Notes: generated from the sequence alone by a model not told the origin. A stretch of DNA of 64,000 bases from an uncultured cyanobacterium (GCA_963703315.1 OY969811.1:4480001-4544000), one strand, 5' to 3'; positions 9,473-21,527 are shown, numbered from the stretch's first letter. Translations and numbers: made by a program.

Positions 9473-11608
9473 GTGAGAGTTCCCCTAGACTGTTACCGCA
9501 TTCTTGGTTTAACACACCTGTCAGGGCTAGACAAAATCCATCAAGCCCATCGCGATCGCCTGCTTTCCATGCCAAGGCGAGAATATTCTGATGCGGCGAT
9601 CGCCTCTCGCAAGCGCATCATCGATAAGGCTTATGAAACTTTGGTCGAAGGCAGTCAAGCCATTGTTGCTAGCACATTAGATGAACCAACTAGCGATCGC
9701 CCCAACTTAAACCTGCCCCCGCAAATCGAAGCTGACGAAAAAGACTTTTCAGGGTTGTTGCTAATTTTGTATGAACTCGGCGAATCCGAGAAAGTCCTTG
9801 CTCTTGCCAAGCCCTATTACGATCCTGAAGAAGCCGAGTACCAGTCCGCCCGAATCTCCCCCCATGATCCTGATCTACTACTTTCTGTGTCGCTTTCCTT
9901 CTTAGATCTTGGTCGAGAATATTGGAAACAAGGACAATATGAGTTGGCGGCGACCTCCCTAGAAGCAGCTCAAGAAATTTTATTGCGAGAAGGATTATTT
10001 CTAAGTATTCGCAGTGAAATTCAAGCTGACCTATTTCGCTTGCGCCCCTATCGCATCCTTGAATTGTTAGCGACTCCTGACAATCACACTAGTGAGCATC
10101 GCAGGGGGATGTCGCTTTTGCAAGAGATGCTAGATGCTCGTCGTGGTATTGACGGCTCAGGTAATGACTATTCCAGTCTCGGTATTGATGACTTTTTGCG
10201 ATTTATCCAGCAATTACGCAGCTACATGACAGCTATCGAGCAGCAAACTTTGTTTGAAGAAGAAGCCCGTCGTCCGTCATCGGTAGCTACTTATCTCGCT
10301 GTATATGCGTTGATTGCGCGTGGTTTTTCGCAACGTCAGCCAGCATTAATTCGTCGTGCTAAGGGTTTGCTGGTTAAACTCAGCGCGAAGCAAGATATTT
10401 ATCTAGAAAAAGCCGTTTGTGCTTTGCTACTGGGACAAACTGAAGAGGCAAGTGCGGCGATCGACAATAGCTCTGAAGAAGATCAAATCGCGTTTATTCG
10501 CCAAAATTCTGAAGGTGCGCCTGATTTATTGCCGGGGCTATGCTTATATAGCGAACGCTGGCTGCAAGAAGAAGTGTATCCGCATTTCCGTGATCTGATG
10601 AGTCAAATCGTCTCCCTTAAGGATTACTTTGCCGATGAGCAGGTGCAAGCATATTTAGAAGAACTACCCAATACTGGAGCCATGTCATCGGATTGGACTT
10701 CGCCTGTTGCATCCCTCTCTCCCCTAGATAGCCTGACTAGGGGCAGAAGTGATCTGGAAACTAGTGCTAATCCTGAGCCAAGCCTTTCTAGTTATGCGCC
10801 TGAGACTCCCAATCGGTTTCAGCGTGCTGCTACGCCCGTGATGGAGCGTCCCGCCTATACGGCTGCTGATAATACGGCACGAGATACTGTGCGAGATCCA
10901 GTGCGAGATTTACCGCGATCGCGCCGCCCCAATAATATTCCTCCTAGCAAAACCTCGAAGAATGTTAATGAAGCAGTTAAGGAAATTAAGCGTCCAGCCC
11001 AAGCTCATGCAGCTACATCTAAACGTAAATTTAAGGCAGGTCGTTTAGCGATCGTCATTGCGGTCGCGATCGCCCTAGTTGGTAGTTCTCTAGGTCTAGT
11101 GGTATGGGCATTTCGTTCCTTAAGCGGTTCTAGTTCCAGTGCATATACTCCCTTAGAAAAGCCCATCACCGCTTTAGCTCAGACTATCAAAGAAACAAAT
11201 ACCGTACCGACTGCTCAGCCTGGACCTATAGATAAGGAAACAGCAACTAAGGTCATCGAAACATGGCAAGCCACAAAAACCAAAGCTCTCGGTAAGACGT
11301 ATGAAGACAATCTCTTAGAAGAAATTTTGACTGATCCTGCTCTAAGTGATTGGAAAGCCCGTGCTAAGGATTTGAAAGCCAGTAACTCTTATTTGCAGTA
11401 TCAAGTTAAATCTAGTGAAGTTGATACTGTTACTCCTGACGGTGATAGTAAAGCTAAGGTCACTGCCAAAATCTCTGAGAGCCGTAATTATTTTTATAAT
11501 GGTGAGCTTGATCGCAGTGCCTCAAAAGATGACGCTAGCTATACAGTTGAGTATGACTTAGTGAAAAAAGATAATCGGTGGCTGATTCGGGAAATGTTAG
11601 TTTTCTAA
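9473..11608 (+). CDS. ftn2: Cell division protein Ftn2/ZipN (ARC6 homologue)
   Basis: J-like N-terminus PLDCYRILG, DLLPGLCLYSERWL, one TM helix, C-terminal IMS domain (W...KTKALG...YTVEYDL...WLI). Confidence 0.9.
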   Translation: MRVPLDCYRILGLTHLSGLDKIHQAHRDRLLSMPRREYSDAAIASRKRIIDKAYETLVEGSQAIVASTLDEPTSDRPNLNLPPQIEADEKDFSGLLLILYELGESEKVLALAKPYYDPEEAEYQSARISPHDPDLLLSVSLSFLDLGREYWKQGQYELAATSLEAAQEILLREGLFLSIRSEIQADLFRLRPYRILELLATPDNHTSEHRRGMSLLQEMLDARRGIDGSGNDYSSLGIDDFLRFIQQLRSYMTAIEQQTLFEEEARRPSSVATYLAVYALIARGFSQRQPALIRRAKGLLVKLSAKQDIYLEKAVCALLLGQTEEASAAIDNSSEEDQIAFIRQNSEGAPDLLPGLCLYSERWLQEEVYPHFRDLMSQIVSLKDYFADEQVQAYLEELPNTGAMSSDWTSPVASLSPLDSLTRGRSDLETSANPEPSLSSYAPETPNRFQRAATPVMERPAYTAADNTARDTVRDPVRDLPRSRRPNNIPPSKTSKNVNEAVKEIKRPAQAHAATSKRKFKAGRLAIVIAVAIALVGSSLGLVVWAFRSLSGSSSSAYTPLEKPITALAQTIKETNTVPTAQPGPIDKETATKVIETWQATKTKALGKTYEDNLLEEILTDPALSDWKARAKDLKASNSYLQYQVKSSEVDTVTPDGDSKAKVTAKISESRNYFYNGELDRSASKDDASYTVEYDLVKKDNRWLIREMLVF

Positions 11609-11695
11609 AAAGAATGGGGCGCTTTGCGCCCCATTCTTTTTAGATGTCGTCCAATAAGCGAGTGGCGGCGCAAAGCGCCGCCACTCGCTTATTGG
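11604..11695. repeat. Two tandem perfect hairpins between convergent ftn2 and recA; probable bidirectional terminator
   Basis: TCTAAAAAGAATGGGGCGC-TTT-GCGCCCCATTCTTTTTAGA and CCAATAAGCGAGTGGCGGCGC-AAA-GCGCCGCCACTCGCTTATTGG. Confidence 0.75.
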
Positions 11696-11720
11696 GTTTT
11701 TGTCTTCACAAGAATTTGGA

Positions 11721-12860
11721 TTAGAAATCGTCTGGAGGTAATTCATCATCTTCAGGTTCAATTTCTTCGGGAACAACCTTAGTTGCCGAAACTGCTACAC
11801 CTGCGGAGAGTTTTTCACGGACTTGCCTTTCCACATCTTGAGCAAATTCGGGTTTGTCTTCCATATATTTGATCGTATTGTCGCGACCCTGACCAATGTT
11901 GTCGCCTTGGTAGCTGTACCATGCCCCCTTACGGACGATGATACTCATTTCTTCAGCAAGATCGACCAGACAGCCAATAGTAGAGATGCCTTTGCCAAAG
12001 ATAATGTCAAATTCGGCAATACGGAAAGGTGGGGCAACTTTGTTTTTGGCAACCTTGACCTTAGCGCGGATACCAAATTCTTCTGTACCTTTTTTAAGGG
12101 TTTGAATACGACGAATATCTAAACGGACTGAGGCATAAAATTTTAGGGCAGTTCCACCTGTGGTGACTTCAGGACTACCATAGGATACGCCGATTTTTTG
12201 GCGCAACTGGTTTAAGAAAATGACGATGCAATTGGATCTGCCAACATTGGCGGTGATTTTACGGAGAGCTTGGCTCATCAAACGTGCTTGCAAACCAACA
12301 TGGGACGCGCCCATTTCCCCTTCAATTTCCGCACGAGGCACAAGAGCCGCTACTGAGTCGATCGCAATGATATCCACTGCCATCGATCGCACGAGGTTAT
12401 CGACAATTTCCAGCGCCATTTCCCCTGAGTCGGGCTGGGAAATCAGCAAATTATCAATATCAACACCCACAGCCGCTGCATAAGTTGGATCGAGGGCGTG
12501 TTCCGCATCAACGAAGGCAGCCACACCACCACGCTTTTGGACTTCGGCGATCGCATGAAGTACTAAAGTTGTTTTACCAGAGCTTTCGGGACCATATACT
12601 TCGATTACCCGTCCTTTGGGCAAGCCACCACCTAGGGCAAGATCGAGGGGTAATGCGCCACTGGGAATGGTCTCGACCCGCATATTCGTAGCATCACCCA
12701 AACGCATAATTGCGCCTTTGCCGTGATCCTTCTCGATTTTTTGCATGATTGCATCGAGTGCCTTCTTTTTCTCAGGACTGATGCTGGATTTGGTCGCTTG
12801 GGCGATCGCCGCCGTTTTATCAGCCTGACTATTTGCCGTCGCAGAGGAATTTTTCGCCAT
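11721..12860 (-). CDS. recA: Recombinase A
   Basis: [36 protein letters not shown]. Confidence 0.99.
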   Translation of the reverse strand: MAKNSSATANSQADKTAAIAQATKSSISPEKKKALDAIMQKIEKDHGKGAIMRLGDATNMRVETIPSGALPLDLALGGGLPKGRVIEVYGPESSGKTTLVLHAIAEVQKRGGVAAFVDAEHALDPTYAAAVGVDIDNLLISQPDSGEMALEIVDNLVRSMAVDIIAIDSVAALVPRAEIEGEMGASHVGLQARLMSQALRKITANVGRSNCIVIFLNQLRQKIGVSYGSPEVTTGGTALKFYASVRLDIRRIQTLKKGTEEFGIRAKVKVAKNKVAPPFRIAEFDIIFGKGISTIGCLVDLAEEMSIIVRKGAWYSYQGDNIGQGRDNTIKYMEDKPEFAQDVERQVREKLSAGVAVSATKVVPEEIEPEDDELPPDDF

Positions 12861-13249
12861 TACCGTTCGAGGTGTAGTTCGTCTAATACGTCTGCCTCAT
12901 TATGACACTAAGCTTCTAATTTTGAGGGATTAAATCTACACTGAATTTTAAGTGATTGCCTTGCAGACACTTGAATTTAGATATTTGTACTAAAAAATCG
13001 CAACATTTATTTAGGTATATGGTGTTTCACAGTCTAGTGAAATACGGGATTATTTTCCCGCCGAAGGCAGGAAAATAATCCTTTGTACAAAAGTCTTATA
13101 TGGCGATCGCCACTTTGGCTAAAAAGTAGATGCGGCGCTTTACGCCGCATCTACTTTTTAGATTTAGATTTTGTGCTAAAAGAAACGCAACATTTGTAAA
13201 TTCTAGTGTCAGAATTAAGATAGGTAATTTTCTCTAAAGGTCTACTAGT

Positions 13250-13795
13250 ATGTCTGCGGAACATCCGCCAGTTATGTTGGTGGACGGCTATAACGTGATT
13301 GGACTATGGCGATCCTTGCAGGAGACGAGAGATCTGCAAGGGTTTGACGTGGCGCGATCGCTTTTAACCGAGACAATGGTGAACTTTAGTGCCTATCATG
13401 GCTATAAAACCACATTGGTATTTGATGCATACGTGCAAGCAACTCCTGCCAAAGCCGAAAAAATCACCAAAAATTTAAAGCTATATTTCACAGACCATAA
13501 CGAAACTGCGGATACTTATATCGAACGTCAATGTGGCAAATACCGACGTGATCCGCTTAGACATTTAAAAAGAATTATCGTGGTCACATCTGATCGCGCT
13601 CAACAACTCACTGCCGTTGGCTTTGGTGCTGAGTGGCTATCGGCAACAGCATTAGAACAGGAAGTAGAAGCAACCCTGCGATCGGTACAAAGTCGTCAAA
13701 AACCCCAAAAGGCTAATACTAGTAATCTTTTGGGTAATCGGATTGATAGTAAGACTAAAGCTCAATTAGCGAAGTGGCGCAATAGTCTAAATTAG
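13250..13795 (+). CDS. NYN-domain (YacP/Rae1-like) endoribonuclease
   Basis: LVDGYNVI, VFDA, ETADTYIER, VVTSD. Confidence 0.85.
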   Translation: MSAEHPPVMLVDGYNVIGLWRSLQETRDLQGFDVARSLLTETMVNFSAYHGYKTTLVFDAYVQATPAKAEKITKNLKLYFTDHNETADTYIERQCGKYRRDPLRHLKRIIVVTSDRAQQLTAVGFGAEWLSATALEQEVEATLRSVQSRQKPQKANTSNLLGNRIDSKTKAQLAKWRNSLN

Positions 13796-13828
13796 CATTT
13801 CAAACCAAACCCAAGAAGCGAGTTGCGG

Positions 13829-14833
13829 TTAGCCAATTTGATAGGTTTGGTTTCTACCTAATTCCTTTGCTCGATACAGAGCATAGTCGGCGGCTGTCAG
13901 TAAAACAGAAGGATTAGAATCAATTTTAGGAATTAAAGAAGTAACTCCCATACTCAAAGTCACAAACTCGCTCACTGCCGAATCTTCGTGGGGAATCTCT
14001 AAATCTAATAGCCCATGACGAATACATTCAGCAATCTGCATCGCGCCTTCGATATCTGTATTCGGCAAGACCACCACAAACTCTTCTCCTCCATAACGAG
14101 CAGCCAAGTCCGCAGGACGACGTACCGATTGCTTAATTAAACTGGAAACCTTGCGTAAACAATCATCGCCAATGATATGTCCGTAAGTATCGTTATAGTT
14201 TTTAAAAAAATCAATATCACACATAATCAAGGATAAAGGCATCTGCTCACGAGCCAGTCTCTGCCATTCCTGATCTAGATATTCATCAAAACAACGACGA
14301 TTAGCAATTTGCGTTAAACCATCTAGGTTAACTAACTGTCCTAGCTTCTCATTAGCTTCTTGCAACAATGTTTCGGCAATAATCCGACTATTAACTTCCT
14401 GTATAAGGCGTTCATTTTGCTGCTGTAACTGTCTTTGCAATCTTCGCAATGCAAGCTGATTCTCAACTCTTGCCAATACTTCCGCAATTTGAAATGGCTT
14501 AGTAATGTAATCGACACCACCCACCGCAAAAGCTTGTACCTTATCTAAAACCTCATCTCGCGCACTGATAAAAATGACAGGAATATCATGAGTCAGATCA
14601 TTGGACTTGAGTTGTTCACAAACCTCAAATCCATTCATACTTGGCATATTAATATCTAACAGCACTAAGTCAGGCAATTTGCGCTGCACGTCAGATAATG
14701 CCACTAAGCCATCGTTTACACCGCGTGCTTCATAACCTTTGCGCGTCAGCATGGTAATTAGCAAATGCAGATTAGGCGGCGTATCATCAATGACTAAAAT
14801 ATAATCTTTTCTAGGGGCTTCAGGCGGCTGCAT
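13829..14833 (-). CDS. Response-regulator diguanylate cyclase (REC-GGDEF, PleD-like)
   Basis: REC domain (VIDD, LLDINMP, ITKP), DGLT.IANRR, RPAD I-site, GGEEF. Confidence 0.92.
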   Translation of the reverse strand: MQPPEAPRKDYILVIDDTPPNLHLLITMLTRKGYEARGVNDGLVALSDVQRKLPDLVLLDINMPSMNGFEVCEQLKSNDLTHDIPVIFISARDEVLDKVQAFAVGGVDYITKPFQIAEVLARVENQLALRRLQRQLQQQNERLIQEVNSRIIAETLLQEANEKLGQLVNLDGLTQIANRRCFDEYLDQEWQRLAREQMPLSLIMCDIDFFKNYNDTYGHIIGDDCLRKVSSLIKQSVRRPADLAARYGGEEFVVVLPNTDIEGAMQIAECIRHGLLDLEIPHEDSAVSEFVTLSMGVTSLIPKIDSNPSVLLTAADYALYRAKELGRNQTYQIG

Positions 14834-15300
14834 TTTCCTATCTTCAGGACATTTTGGACATTGTGAACGCAATATTAAAATTTACTACTTTACTTGATTT
14901 CTTAGAAATTATTTGCAATGTATTAATTTTAATTCATTCATATAGCGTTTCACAGCCTAGGGAAATACGGGATTGTTTACCCACCGATGCTGGGGAAACA
15001 ATCCTCTGTAACTCGCTTGCTTGAAAAGCGCTATAAAGTTTTTTTGTCTTACGGAGACTGCGAAGTATCTAAGCATAATTAAAAACCAGAGCAAAAACCT
15101 GTGGCGCACGCTGCGCGTGCGCCACAGGTTTTTGGGTTTTATATTTAATTGCGCCCAGATACTTAGAGATAATTCCTAAAATTGATTCTACTGAGTGAAA
15201 ATGATTGCGCTTTACTGAGGATTGCTATATCAGCTAGTATGGTGATGTTCAGCACTTTTTAAAGTCTTAACATAGAATTTTTAATTATTTGTGTCAGCTA

Positions 15301-16047
15301 ATGTCTAGTAGTGCATCTCAAAGAATCAATCTATCAGGAAGCGCTTTGGGAATGGTCTCAACTATTAGTTTTCCTGCGATCGTAGGAACGGCTGATATGA
15401 TGCTCAAGTCCGCAACGGTGCGACTAGTGGGGTACGAAAAAGTTGGTAATGGCTTTTGTACAGCAATCATTCGGGGGCAAATCACTGATGTACGGATGGC
15501 GGTAGAAGCAGGAGCAGAAACCGCTAGAGAATTTGGTCAACTCGTATCCACGATTGTGATTCCGCGTCCTTACCCGAACTTAGAAGCGATTTTGCCGATT
15601 AGTAGTCGCCTTAGTCAATTGACCGATGGGCAATATAGCCGTCTCAGTAATCAAGCGATCGGTTTATTAGAAACAAGGGGATTTCCTGCAATGGTAGGGG
15701 CTGCGGATATGATGTTGAAATCCGCCGATGTACAGCTAGCAGGCTATGAAACTATTGGCGCAGGACTATGTACGGCAATAATTCGGGGTAATGTTGCGGA
15801 TGTGGCGATCGCGATCGAGTCAGGTATGTATGAAGCTGAACGCATTGGTGAGTTTCATACTTTGATGATTATTCCTCGTCCCCTTGATGACCTCGAAGAA
15901 ACTCTGCCCACTTCCGACTATTGGATCGAGTCACCAGTACCTGTAAATATTCCAATGATTGCTTTACAAGAACAAGAAAGAGAATTAGTGCAATTGCCAA
16001 ACTTAGAAATTGCAGAAGTTGAAACCATCTCCATAGGCGATCGCTAG
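15301..16047 (+). CDS. ccmO: Tandem-BMC carboxysome shell protein CcmO
   Basis: Two BMC domains (SFPAIVGTADMMLKSA; GFPAMVGAADMMLKSA). Confidence 0.85.
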   Translation: MSSSASQRINLSGSALGMVSTISFPAIVGTADMMLKSATVRLVGYEKVGNGFCTAIIRGQITDVRMAVEAGAETAREFGQLVSTIVIPRPYPNLEAILPISSRLSQLTDGQYSRLSNQAIGLLETRGFPAMVGAADMMLKSADVQLAGYETIGAGLCTAIIRGNVADVAIAIESGMYEAERIGEFHTLMIIPRPLDDLEETLPTSDYWIESPVPVNIPMIALQEQERELVQLPNLEIAEVETISIGDR

Positions 16048-16585
16048 TTGATCAAGAGAGTGGCGGTGCTTTGCACCAACACTCTCTTTTGTTTTTAGAT
16101 CTCGCAAGCACATACACTAACTTTTACTAAATAAGCCAGCTTTATATACATTATTTAGATTTATCATGGCGGCTTATATTGTCAAATGTACCGCCACTCG
16201 TTATCGTAGATATAAAGATAGAGTTGAATGTATTTATATTATTTAACTTCTCTGATTATTCAGATTTATCATGTCTAGGTCTGTAGTAACAAATACCTAT
16301 CTAAATATTTTTTAGATAATTAATTACAACAGAATCGCCAAAACATATCTGTAAATTAGCTGCGAAAAGCTAGCTGCAAAAGTAGCTGTGTAAAAACACC
16401 TGCGTAAGCGCCAAGCGTCATCTCATTTTTATTTTGTATTAAAAATTTAAAATTTGATGTTTTAAGCGAACCGATCGTAGCTAAGATCAATAGTTGCGCT
16501 CGTGCATCTACATCTGAATCTGATTGATAGATAAACCGCGAGAACTTCAGTTTTTTAGAGAGTCGTAAGGACACTGGCTTAAATT

Positions 16586-16894
16586 ATGCCGATCGCTATT
16601 GGAATGATCGAAACTAGGGGCTTCCCCGCAGTTGTAGAAGCTGCTGATGCCATGGTTAAGGCTGCTCGCGTCACCCTTGTGGGTTACGAAAAAATCGGCA
16701 GTGGACGGGTAACAGTAATCATTAGAGGTGATATCTCTGAGGTAACTGCATCCATTGCTGCTGGTGTTGAAGGTGCAAAACGAGTTAATGGTGGCGAAGT
16801 CGTTTCGACTCATACCATTGCCCGACCACAGGAAAACCTAGAGTATGTACTACCAATTCGCTATACGCGAGAAGTAGAGCAATTTGCCTTTTAA
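16586..16894 (+). CDS. ccmK: Carboxysome shell protein CcmK (short form)
   Basis: [35 protein letters not shown], 102 aa. Confidence 0.95.
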   Translation: MPIAIGMIETRGFPAVVEAADAMVKAARVTLVGYEKIGSGRVTVIIRGDISEVTASIAAGVEGAKRVNGGEVVSTHTIARPQENLEYVLPIRYTREVEQFAF

Positions 16895-17009
16895 GTTTGC
16901 TTTTTAAATGTACTTCTTTAAGATTGTCTCAAAAGGACTTTCCAAAAAAAGTATCAAAAGACTAAATTTTCATTAATTTCATTATTTGTTTTTTAGGAGA
17001 ACATAAATT

Positions 17010-17351
17010 ATGGCGATCGCAGTTGGAATGATTGAAACCCTTGGTTTCCCTGCCGTTGTAGAAGCAGCCGATGCTATGGTCAAAGCTGCTCGTGTCACCT
17101 TAGTTGGTTACGAAAAGATCGGTAGTGGTCGTGTAACCGTTATCGTTCGTGGCGATGTCTCTGAAGTACAAGCTTCAGTAGCCGCAGGTACTGACTCAGT
17201 AAAGCGTGTTAACGGTGGACAAGTTCTTTCTACCCACATCATTGCTCGTCCTCACGAAAACCTCGAATACGTTCTACCGATTCGCTACACCGAAGAAGTC
17301 GAGCAGTTTCGTGACAACGTAAACTCCATCCGTCCTATTAACCGTCCATAG
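17010..17351 (+). CDS. ccmK: Carboxysome shell protein CcmK with C-terminal extension (CcmK1-type)
   Basis: Same BMC motif plus extension [20 protein letters not shown]. Confidence 0.95.
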   Translation: MAIAVGMIETLGFPAVVEAADAMVKAARVTLVGYEKIGSGRVTVIVRGDVSEVQASVAAGTDSVKRVNGGQVLSTHIIARPHENLEYVLPIRYTEEVEQFRDNVNSIRPINRP

Positions 17352-17471
17352 TTAGGGCTGAACTAGCGCGATCGCTTTTTTCGTCTTTAATTATTTCCTG
17401 CTGTATTTTTACGGCAATTGCTAAGCCACCATTGCGCCAGCTTCCACATTTGTCCACGTACTTAAAGCAAT

Positions 17472-17780
17472 ATGCAAATCGCTAAAGTTTGCGGTACGGT
17501 CGTCAGTACCTACAAAGACTCCAATCTATCTGGAACCAAGTTCCTGCTTTTACAAATCGTTGATCTGCAAGGGCAGTTACTTCCAGACTATGAAGTGGCA
17601 ACTGATACTGTCGGTGCTGGCGTAGATGAATGGGTACTGTTTACTCGTGGTAGTGGCGCAAGGCAAGTGCGAGATAGCGCAAACCGTCCCATTGATGCAG
17701 CAGTTATTGCCATCATTGACACAGTGAGCCTAAGCGATCGTACTCTCTATAGCAAGAAATATAGCGAGAGAATGCAGTAG
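17472..17780 (+). CDS. ccmL: Carboxysome vertex pentamer CcmL
   Basis: MQIAKVCGTVVST, YEVATDTVGAG, RGSGAR, DAAVIAIID. Confidence 0.95.
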   Translation: MQIAKVCGTVVSTYKDSNLSGTKFLLLQIVDLQGQLLPDYEVATDTVGAGVDEWVLFTRGSGARQVRDSANRPIDAAVIAIIDTVSLSDRTLYSKKYSERMQ

Positions 17781-17935
17781 CCATATAGAGAAAATATGTA
17801 CCGATCAGCGCTAGTAAGTAAAATTTCTCCGACATTGTCGCTTAAGTTGTTATTTGGAGGAGCGCTTTTAAGCCGCTTATGAATTTGATATTGATAGTCA
17901 AAATATAAGCAAAACTTAAAAGTGCGGATTTCAGT

Positions 17936-19981
17936 ATGGTAGTTCGTAGCTTTGCTGCCCCTCCTACACCTTGGTCTAGGAAATTAGCAGAACCCAAAAT
18001 TGATCCATCAGCCTACGTTCATTCTTTTTCTAATTTGATTGGCGATGTCCACATCGGCGCAAATGTCTTGATTGCCCCTGGCACTTCAATTCGTGCAGAC
18101 GAAGGCAACCCTTTTCATATTGGCAATAGTACAAACGTTCAAGATGGCGTAGTCATTCATGGTCTGGAAAAAGGTCGTGTGATTGGCGATGACGGTAAAG
18201 AATATTCCGTCTGGATTGGTGACAGTACCTCAATCACACACATGGCTCTGATTCATGGACCAGCTTATGTTGGCAACAACTGCTTCATTGGGTTCCGCTC
18301 AACAGTATTTAATGCCAGAGTCGGTGATGGCTGCATTATTTCCTTACACGCTCTTGTCCAAGATGTAGAAATTCCTGCGGGTAAATATGTTCCTTCTGGC
18401 GCAGTGATTACAACTCAGCAACAAGCCGATCTGCTACCGAATGTACGGGCATCAGAACAAAGCTTTGCTAGTCACGTTGTCGGTATTAACGAGTCCTTGA
18501 GAGAAGGTTATCGCTGTGCTGCTGATATTGCTTGCATTACACCGATTCGCCAGCAACAAGAGAACTCGGCACAGCCAAGTAGTAATCCTGCCAAAAATTT
18601 TAATAAACAGCTTAATACGCAAAATTCTAATCAAATTAATCACAATCTTACAGATATACAAGCACAGAGGACTGGATCTATGGCTGGGGATTTAGCGCAG
18701 CAAATACGACAAATTTTAGCTCAGGGCCATCATGTTGGTGCTGAGTACGCAGATGAAAGAAGATTTCGCACAGGTTCTTGGCAATCTTGCGCGATTCCGC
18801 ATACATCTGAAGCCTCTACAGTCATTGCGGCTGTACAAGCAGCACTCGTTGAAAATGAAGGTGACTATGTTCGCATCTTTGGTGTTGATCCCAAAGCAAA
18901 GCGTCGTCTTGCAGAAACAATTGTGCAACGCCCCAGTGATAAGCCTGCGGTAATTAGCAATGCAACCCCTAGTCATGGAGCTAGCAATGGCTACAAAGCA
19001 CCATCAGCTACATCCAATGGTGCAGCTAGTGCTAGCAATGCCGATATTTCTGGTCAAGTACGTCAACTGTTGGCTCAAGGCTATCGCATCAGTACTGAGT
19101 ATGCTGATGCGCGTCGCTTCCGTTCAGCCGCTTGGCAAACTGGTCCTGCGATCGATGCATCAAATGAATCCACAGTAATTGCGGCATTAAATAGCATTCT
19201 TGCTGAGCATGAAGGTGAATATGTTCGTTTAGTCGGTGTTGATCCTAAAGCAAAGCGCCGCGTCGTCGAAACCATCATTCAACGTGCTGATGGTAGTGCC
19301 GTGAGCATTGGTAAGTCCAATGGTAATGGAGCCGCAGCCAGCTATAGCGCCCCTCGCCCTAGTAATGGCAATGGTGTAGCTAATGACGTATCAACTACTG
19401 TGGGTCAACTATTGGCTCAAGGTCATCGAATTAGTGTTGAACACGCCGATGAGCGTCATTTCCGTACTACTTCTTGGCAGACGCTTCCTGCGATTACAGC
19501 TAACAATCCAGCCGCCGCGATCGCCGCTTTAGAAAATTACATTGCTGAATACAGTGATGAGTATGTGCGTCTTGTTGGCGTTGATCCTAAAGCAAAGCGC
19601 CGCGTCGTCGAATTGTTAGTCCATCGTCCAAATGGTCAGCCTGTCGCCGTAACTCGCACTGCGGTTAAGGTAAATAACTCTAGTAATAGTTCTTACGGTG
19701 GCGGTAGTGCTGGCAAGATTAGCGCTGATATGATGACCCGCATTCGTCAACTTTTGTCTCAGGGCTATCGCATTGGTACTGAACACGCCGATGAACGTCA
19801 TTTCCGCACTAGTTCTTGGCATAGCTGCTCACCGATCGCTGCGGCTAACGAGTCTGAAGTAATTCGTGCTTTAGAAGCTTGTTTGGCTGAACATGGTGAT
19901 GAGTATGTGCGTTTGCTTGGTATTGATACCAAAGCCAAGCGCCGTGTATTTGAAGGCATAATTCAACGGCCTGCAAAGTAA
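17936..19981 (+). CDS. ccmM: CcmM: gamma-carbonic anhydrase domain plus four RbcS-like (SSUL) repeats
   Basis: [28 protein letters not shown]; four repeats of LxQGxxIxxExADxRxFR. Confidence 0.97.
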   Translation: MVVRSFAAPPTPWSRKLAEPKIDPSAYVHSFSNLIGDVHIGANVLIAPGTSIRADEGNPFHIGNSTNVQDGVVIHGLEKGRVIGDDGKEYSVWIGDSTSITHMALIHGPAYVGNNCFIGFRSTVFNARVGDGCIISLHALVQDVEIPAGKYVPSGAVITTQQQADLLPNVRASEQSFASHVVGINESLREGYRCAADIACITPIRQQQENSAQPSSNPAKNFNKQLNTQNSNQINHNLTDIQAQRTGSMAGDLAQQIRQILAQGHHVGAEYADERRFRTGSWQSCAIPHTSEASTVIAAVQAALVENEGDYVRIFGVDPKAKRRLAETIVQRPSDKPAVISNATPSHGASNGYKAPSATSNGAASASNADISGQVRQLLAQGYRISTEYADARRFRSAAWQTGPAIDASNESTVIAALNSILAEHEGEYVRLVGVDPKAKRRVVETIIQRADGSAVSIGKSNGNGAAASYSAPRPSNGNGVANDVSTTVGQLLAQGHRISVEHADERHFRTTSWQTLPAITANNPAAAIAALENYIAEYSDEYVRLVGVDPKAKRRVVELLVHRPNGQPVAVTRTAVKVNNSSNSSYGGGSAGKISADMMTRIRQLLSQGYRIGTEHADERHFRTSSWHSCSPIAAANESEVIRALEACLAEHGDEYVRLLGIDTKAKRRVFEGIIQRPAK

Positions 19982-20165
19982 CGTGATTTAGAGAACCTCG
20001 CTTTGCGAGGTTCTCTAAATATTAGGGATAAATATCAGGTTTGACTTCAGCAAAAATCGCTGTAGAAGTCAGTGAATTAAAAACCAGCCCCAACAAGGGT
20101 TTTCAAAACTAAAAACGGCTACACCATTTTTAGTTTTGGTATTAGAGAATCTAGCAAATAATGTA

Positions 20166-21008
20166 ATGCAATCGAACTACTTACCACCTTTAGAACCGAT
20201 CGGAGATTTTCGCTCCTACGTTTGTGGGGATGTAGTGATCGATCAGACTGCGGCGATCGCCTCTGGGGTATTGATTCAAGCAGATCATGGTGGACAAATT
20301 ATTATCGCGGCGGGTGTATGTATTGGCATGGGAGCTGTACTACACGCACAGGGTGGATTATTAGAAATTGGCGCAGGGGCAAACTTAGGGGCAGGGGTGC
20401 TGGTTTATGGCAGTAGTAAAATTGGTGAAGGTGCTTGTATTGGGGCTTCCAGTTCCATTGTTCGGGCTGTAATTGCCAAAGGGGCGATCGTGCCACCATG
20501 CTCTTTGATTAGTGGTTTAGAACAAAGTTCTGTAGAAAAAGAAGCTAGCCCTGCGATCGCTCAAGAATTAGAGACCAAGAATACTGCTGTTTCTGCTCAG
20601 GCTTCACCCACAAATTATTCTTTTACACATACCTATTCATCGGCAAATCCTTTAAATCCTCCTTTAACTAATTCTGATATTAATGAAAATATTGTAGGGC
20701 GATCGACCACAGAAACCCATGTGCATACGAATGTGACGGCAACTCCTGAAAGTTTAGTTGCTAATTCTGTTGAGCGCACAGTTACCGAAACTCAAGTTGA
20801 AATCCCTACAAATTCTATTTCTGAGCCACCATTAGAATCTGGAGAAGCTGAACAACAGTCTGGGGCGGATATATTAGAAAATACAGACCCTAATCCAATG
20901 ATGGGATCGGATATTTCGACAATCACTAGTGCTAATTCTGCTCAAGCTAAAGCTTACGCCCAGTCTCAAATTAATCGCTACATCAAAAGACTTTTTCCTC
21001 AAAATTAA
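20166..21008 (+). CDS. ccmN: Carboxysome assembly protein CcmN
   Basis: Hexapeptide-repeat N-terminus, low-complexity linker, C-terminal encapsulation peptide ending LFPQN; follows ccmM. Confidence 0.88.
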   Translation: MQSNYLPPLEPIGDFRSYVCGDVVIDQTAAIASGVLIQADHGGQIIIAAGVCIGMGAVLHAQGGLLEIGAGANLGAGVLVYGSSKIGEGACIGASSSIVRAVIAKGAIVPPCSLISGLEQSSVEKEASPAIAQELETKNTAVSAQASPTNYSFTHTYSSANPLNPPLTNSDINENIVGRSTTETHVHTNVTATPESLVANSVERTVTETQVEIPTNSISEPPLESGEAEQQSGADILENTDPNPMMGSDISTITSANSAQAKAYAQSQINRYIKRLFPQN

Positions 21009-21309
21009 TGTCCATGTCTAGAGAGTTGCGGCGCGAAGCGCCGCAACTCTCTCTTTAGTTTATCGAGATAAATCACCCGTTTAGAGCTTTGCGCTTTTTC
21101 ATAAAACCCATAAAGTAACCACAGAGGCTTCGCTATTGTATTTACTTTATGGGTTTTATGAATTTTATGGTTTGGATGTGATGGGGATCAAGCTGTAAGT
21201 GATGAAAATCACCAAAACTTGATATTTAAGTTACATTCTCATCTTGATTTCCCCATTAACATCAATGCAATTAATGTGACTTTTTCAGACTGAATTGAAA
21301 ATTATGTTG

Positions 21310-21424
21310 TATAGCTGTCGCCATTCTTGCTAGGGCAAAACCCCAGAAGCAAGTGGCGGCGCGGAGCGCCGCCACTTGCTTCTGGGGTTTTGTAATTTGT
21401 CTTAACACAAATAGCGATAACTAT
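21310..21424. repeat. MITE-like element with central GCGC hairpin
   Basis: TATAGCTGTCGCC...CAAAACCCCAGAAGCAAGTGGCGGCGC-GGA-GCGCCGCCACTTGCTTCTGGGGTTTTG...GCGATAACTAT. Confidence 0.6.
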
Positions 21425-21527
21425 CAATCAGAAGCTAAAGATTTAGTTCAGCAGACGATTAGGAAACAAAAGACGCAAATTTTAGTCATTGCAATCGTTG
21501 GGACAACCTTGTTGGAGGAATATGAAG

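Noticed and set aside
12978..12991. LexA box upstream of recA
   Set aside because: Only one half-site (AGTAC on the minus strand) matches the cyanobacterial consensus.
16283..16296. NtcA-like GTA-N8-TAC upstream of ccmK
   Set aside because: No properly spaced -10 box, and this short motif is expected by chance.
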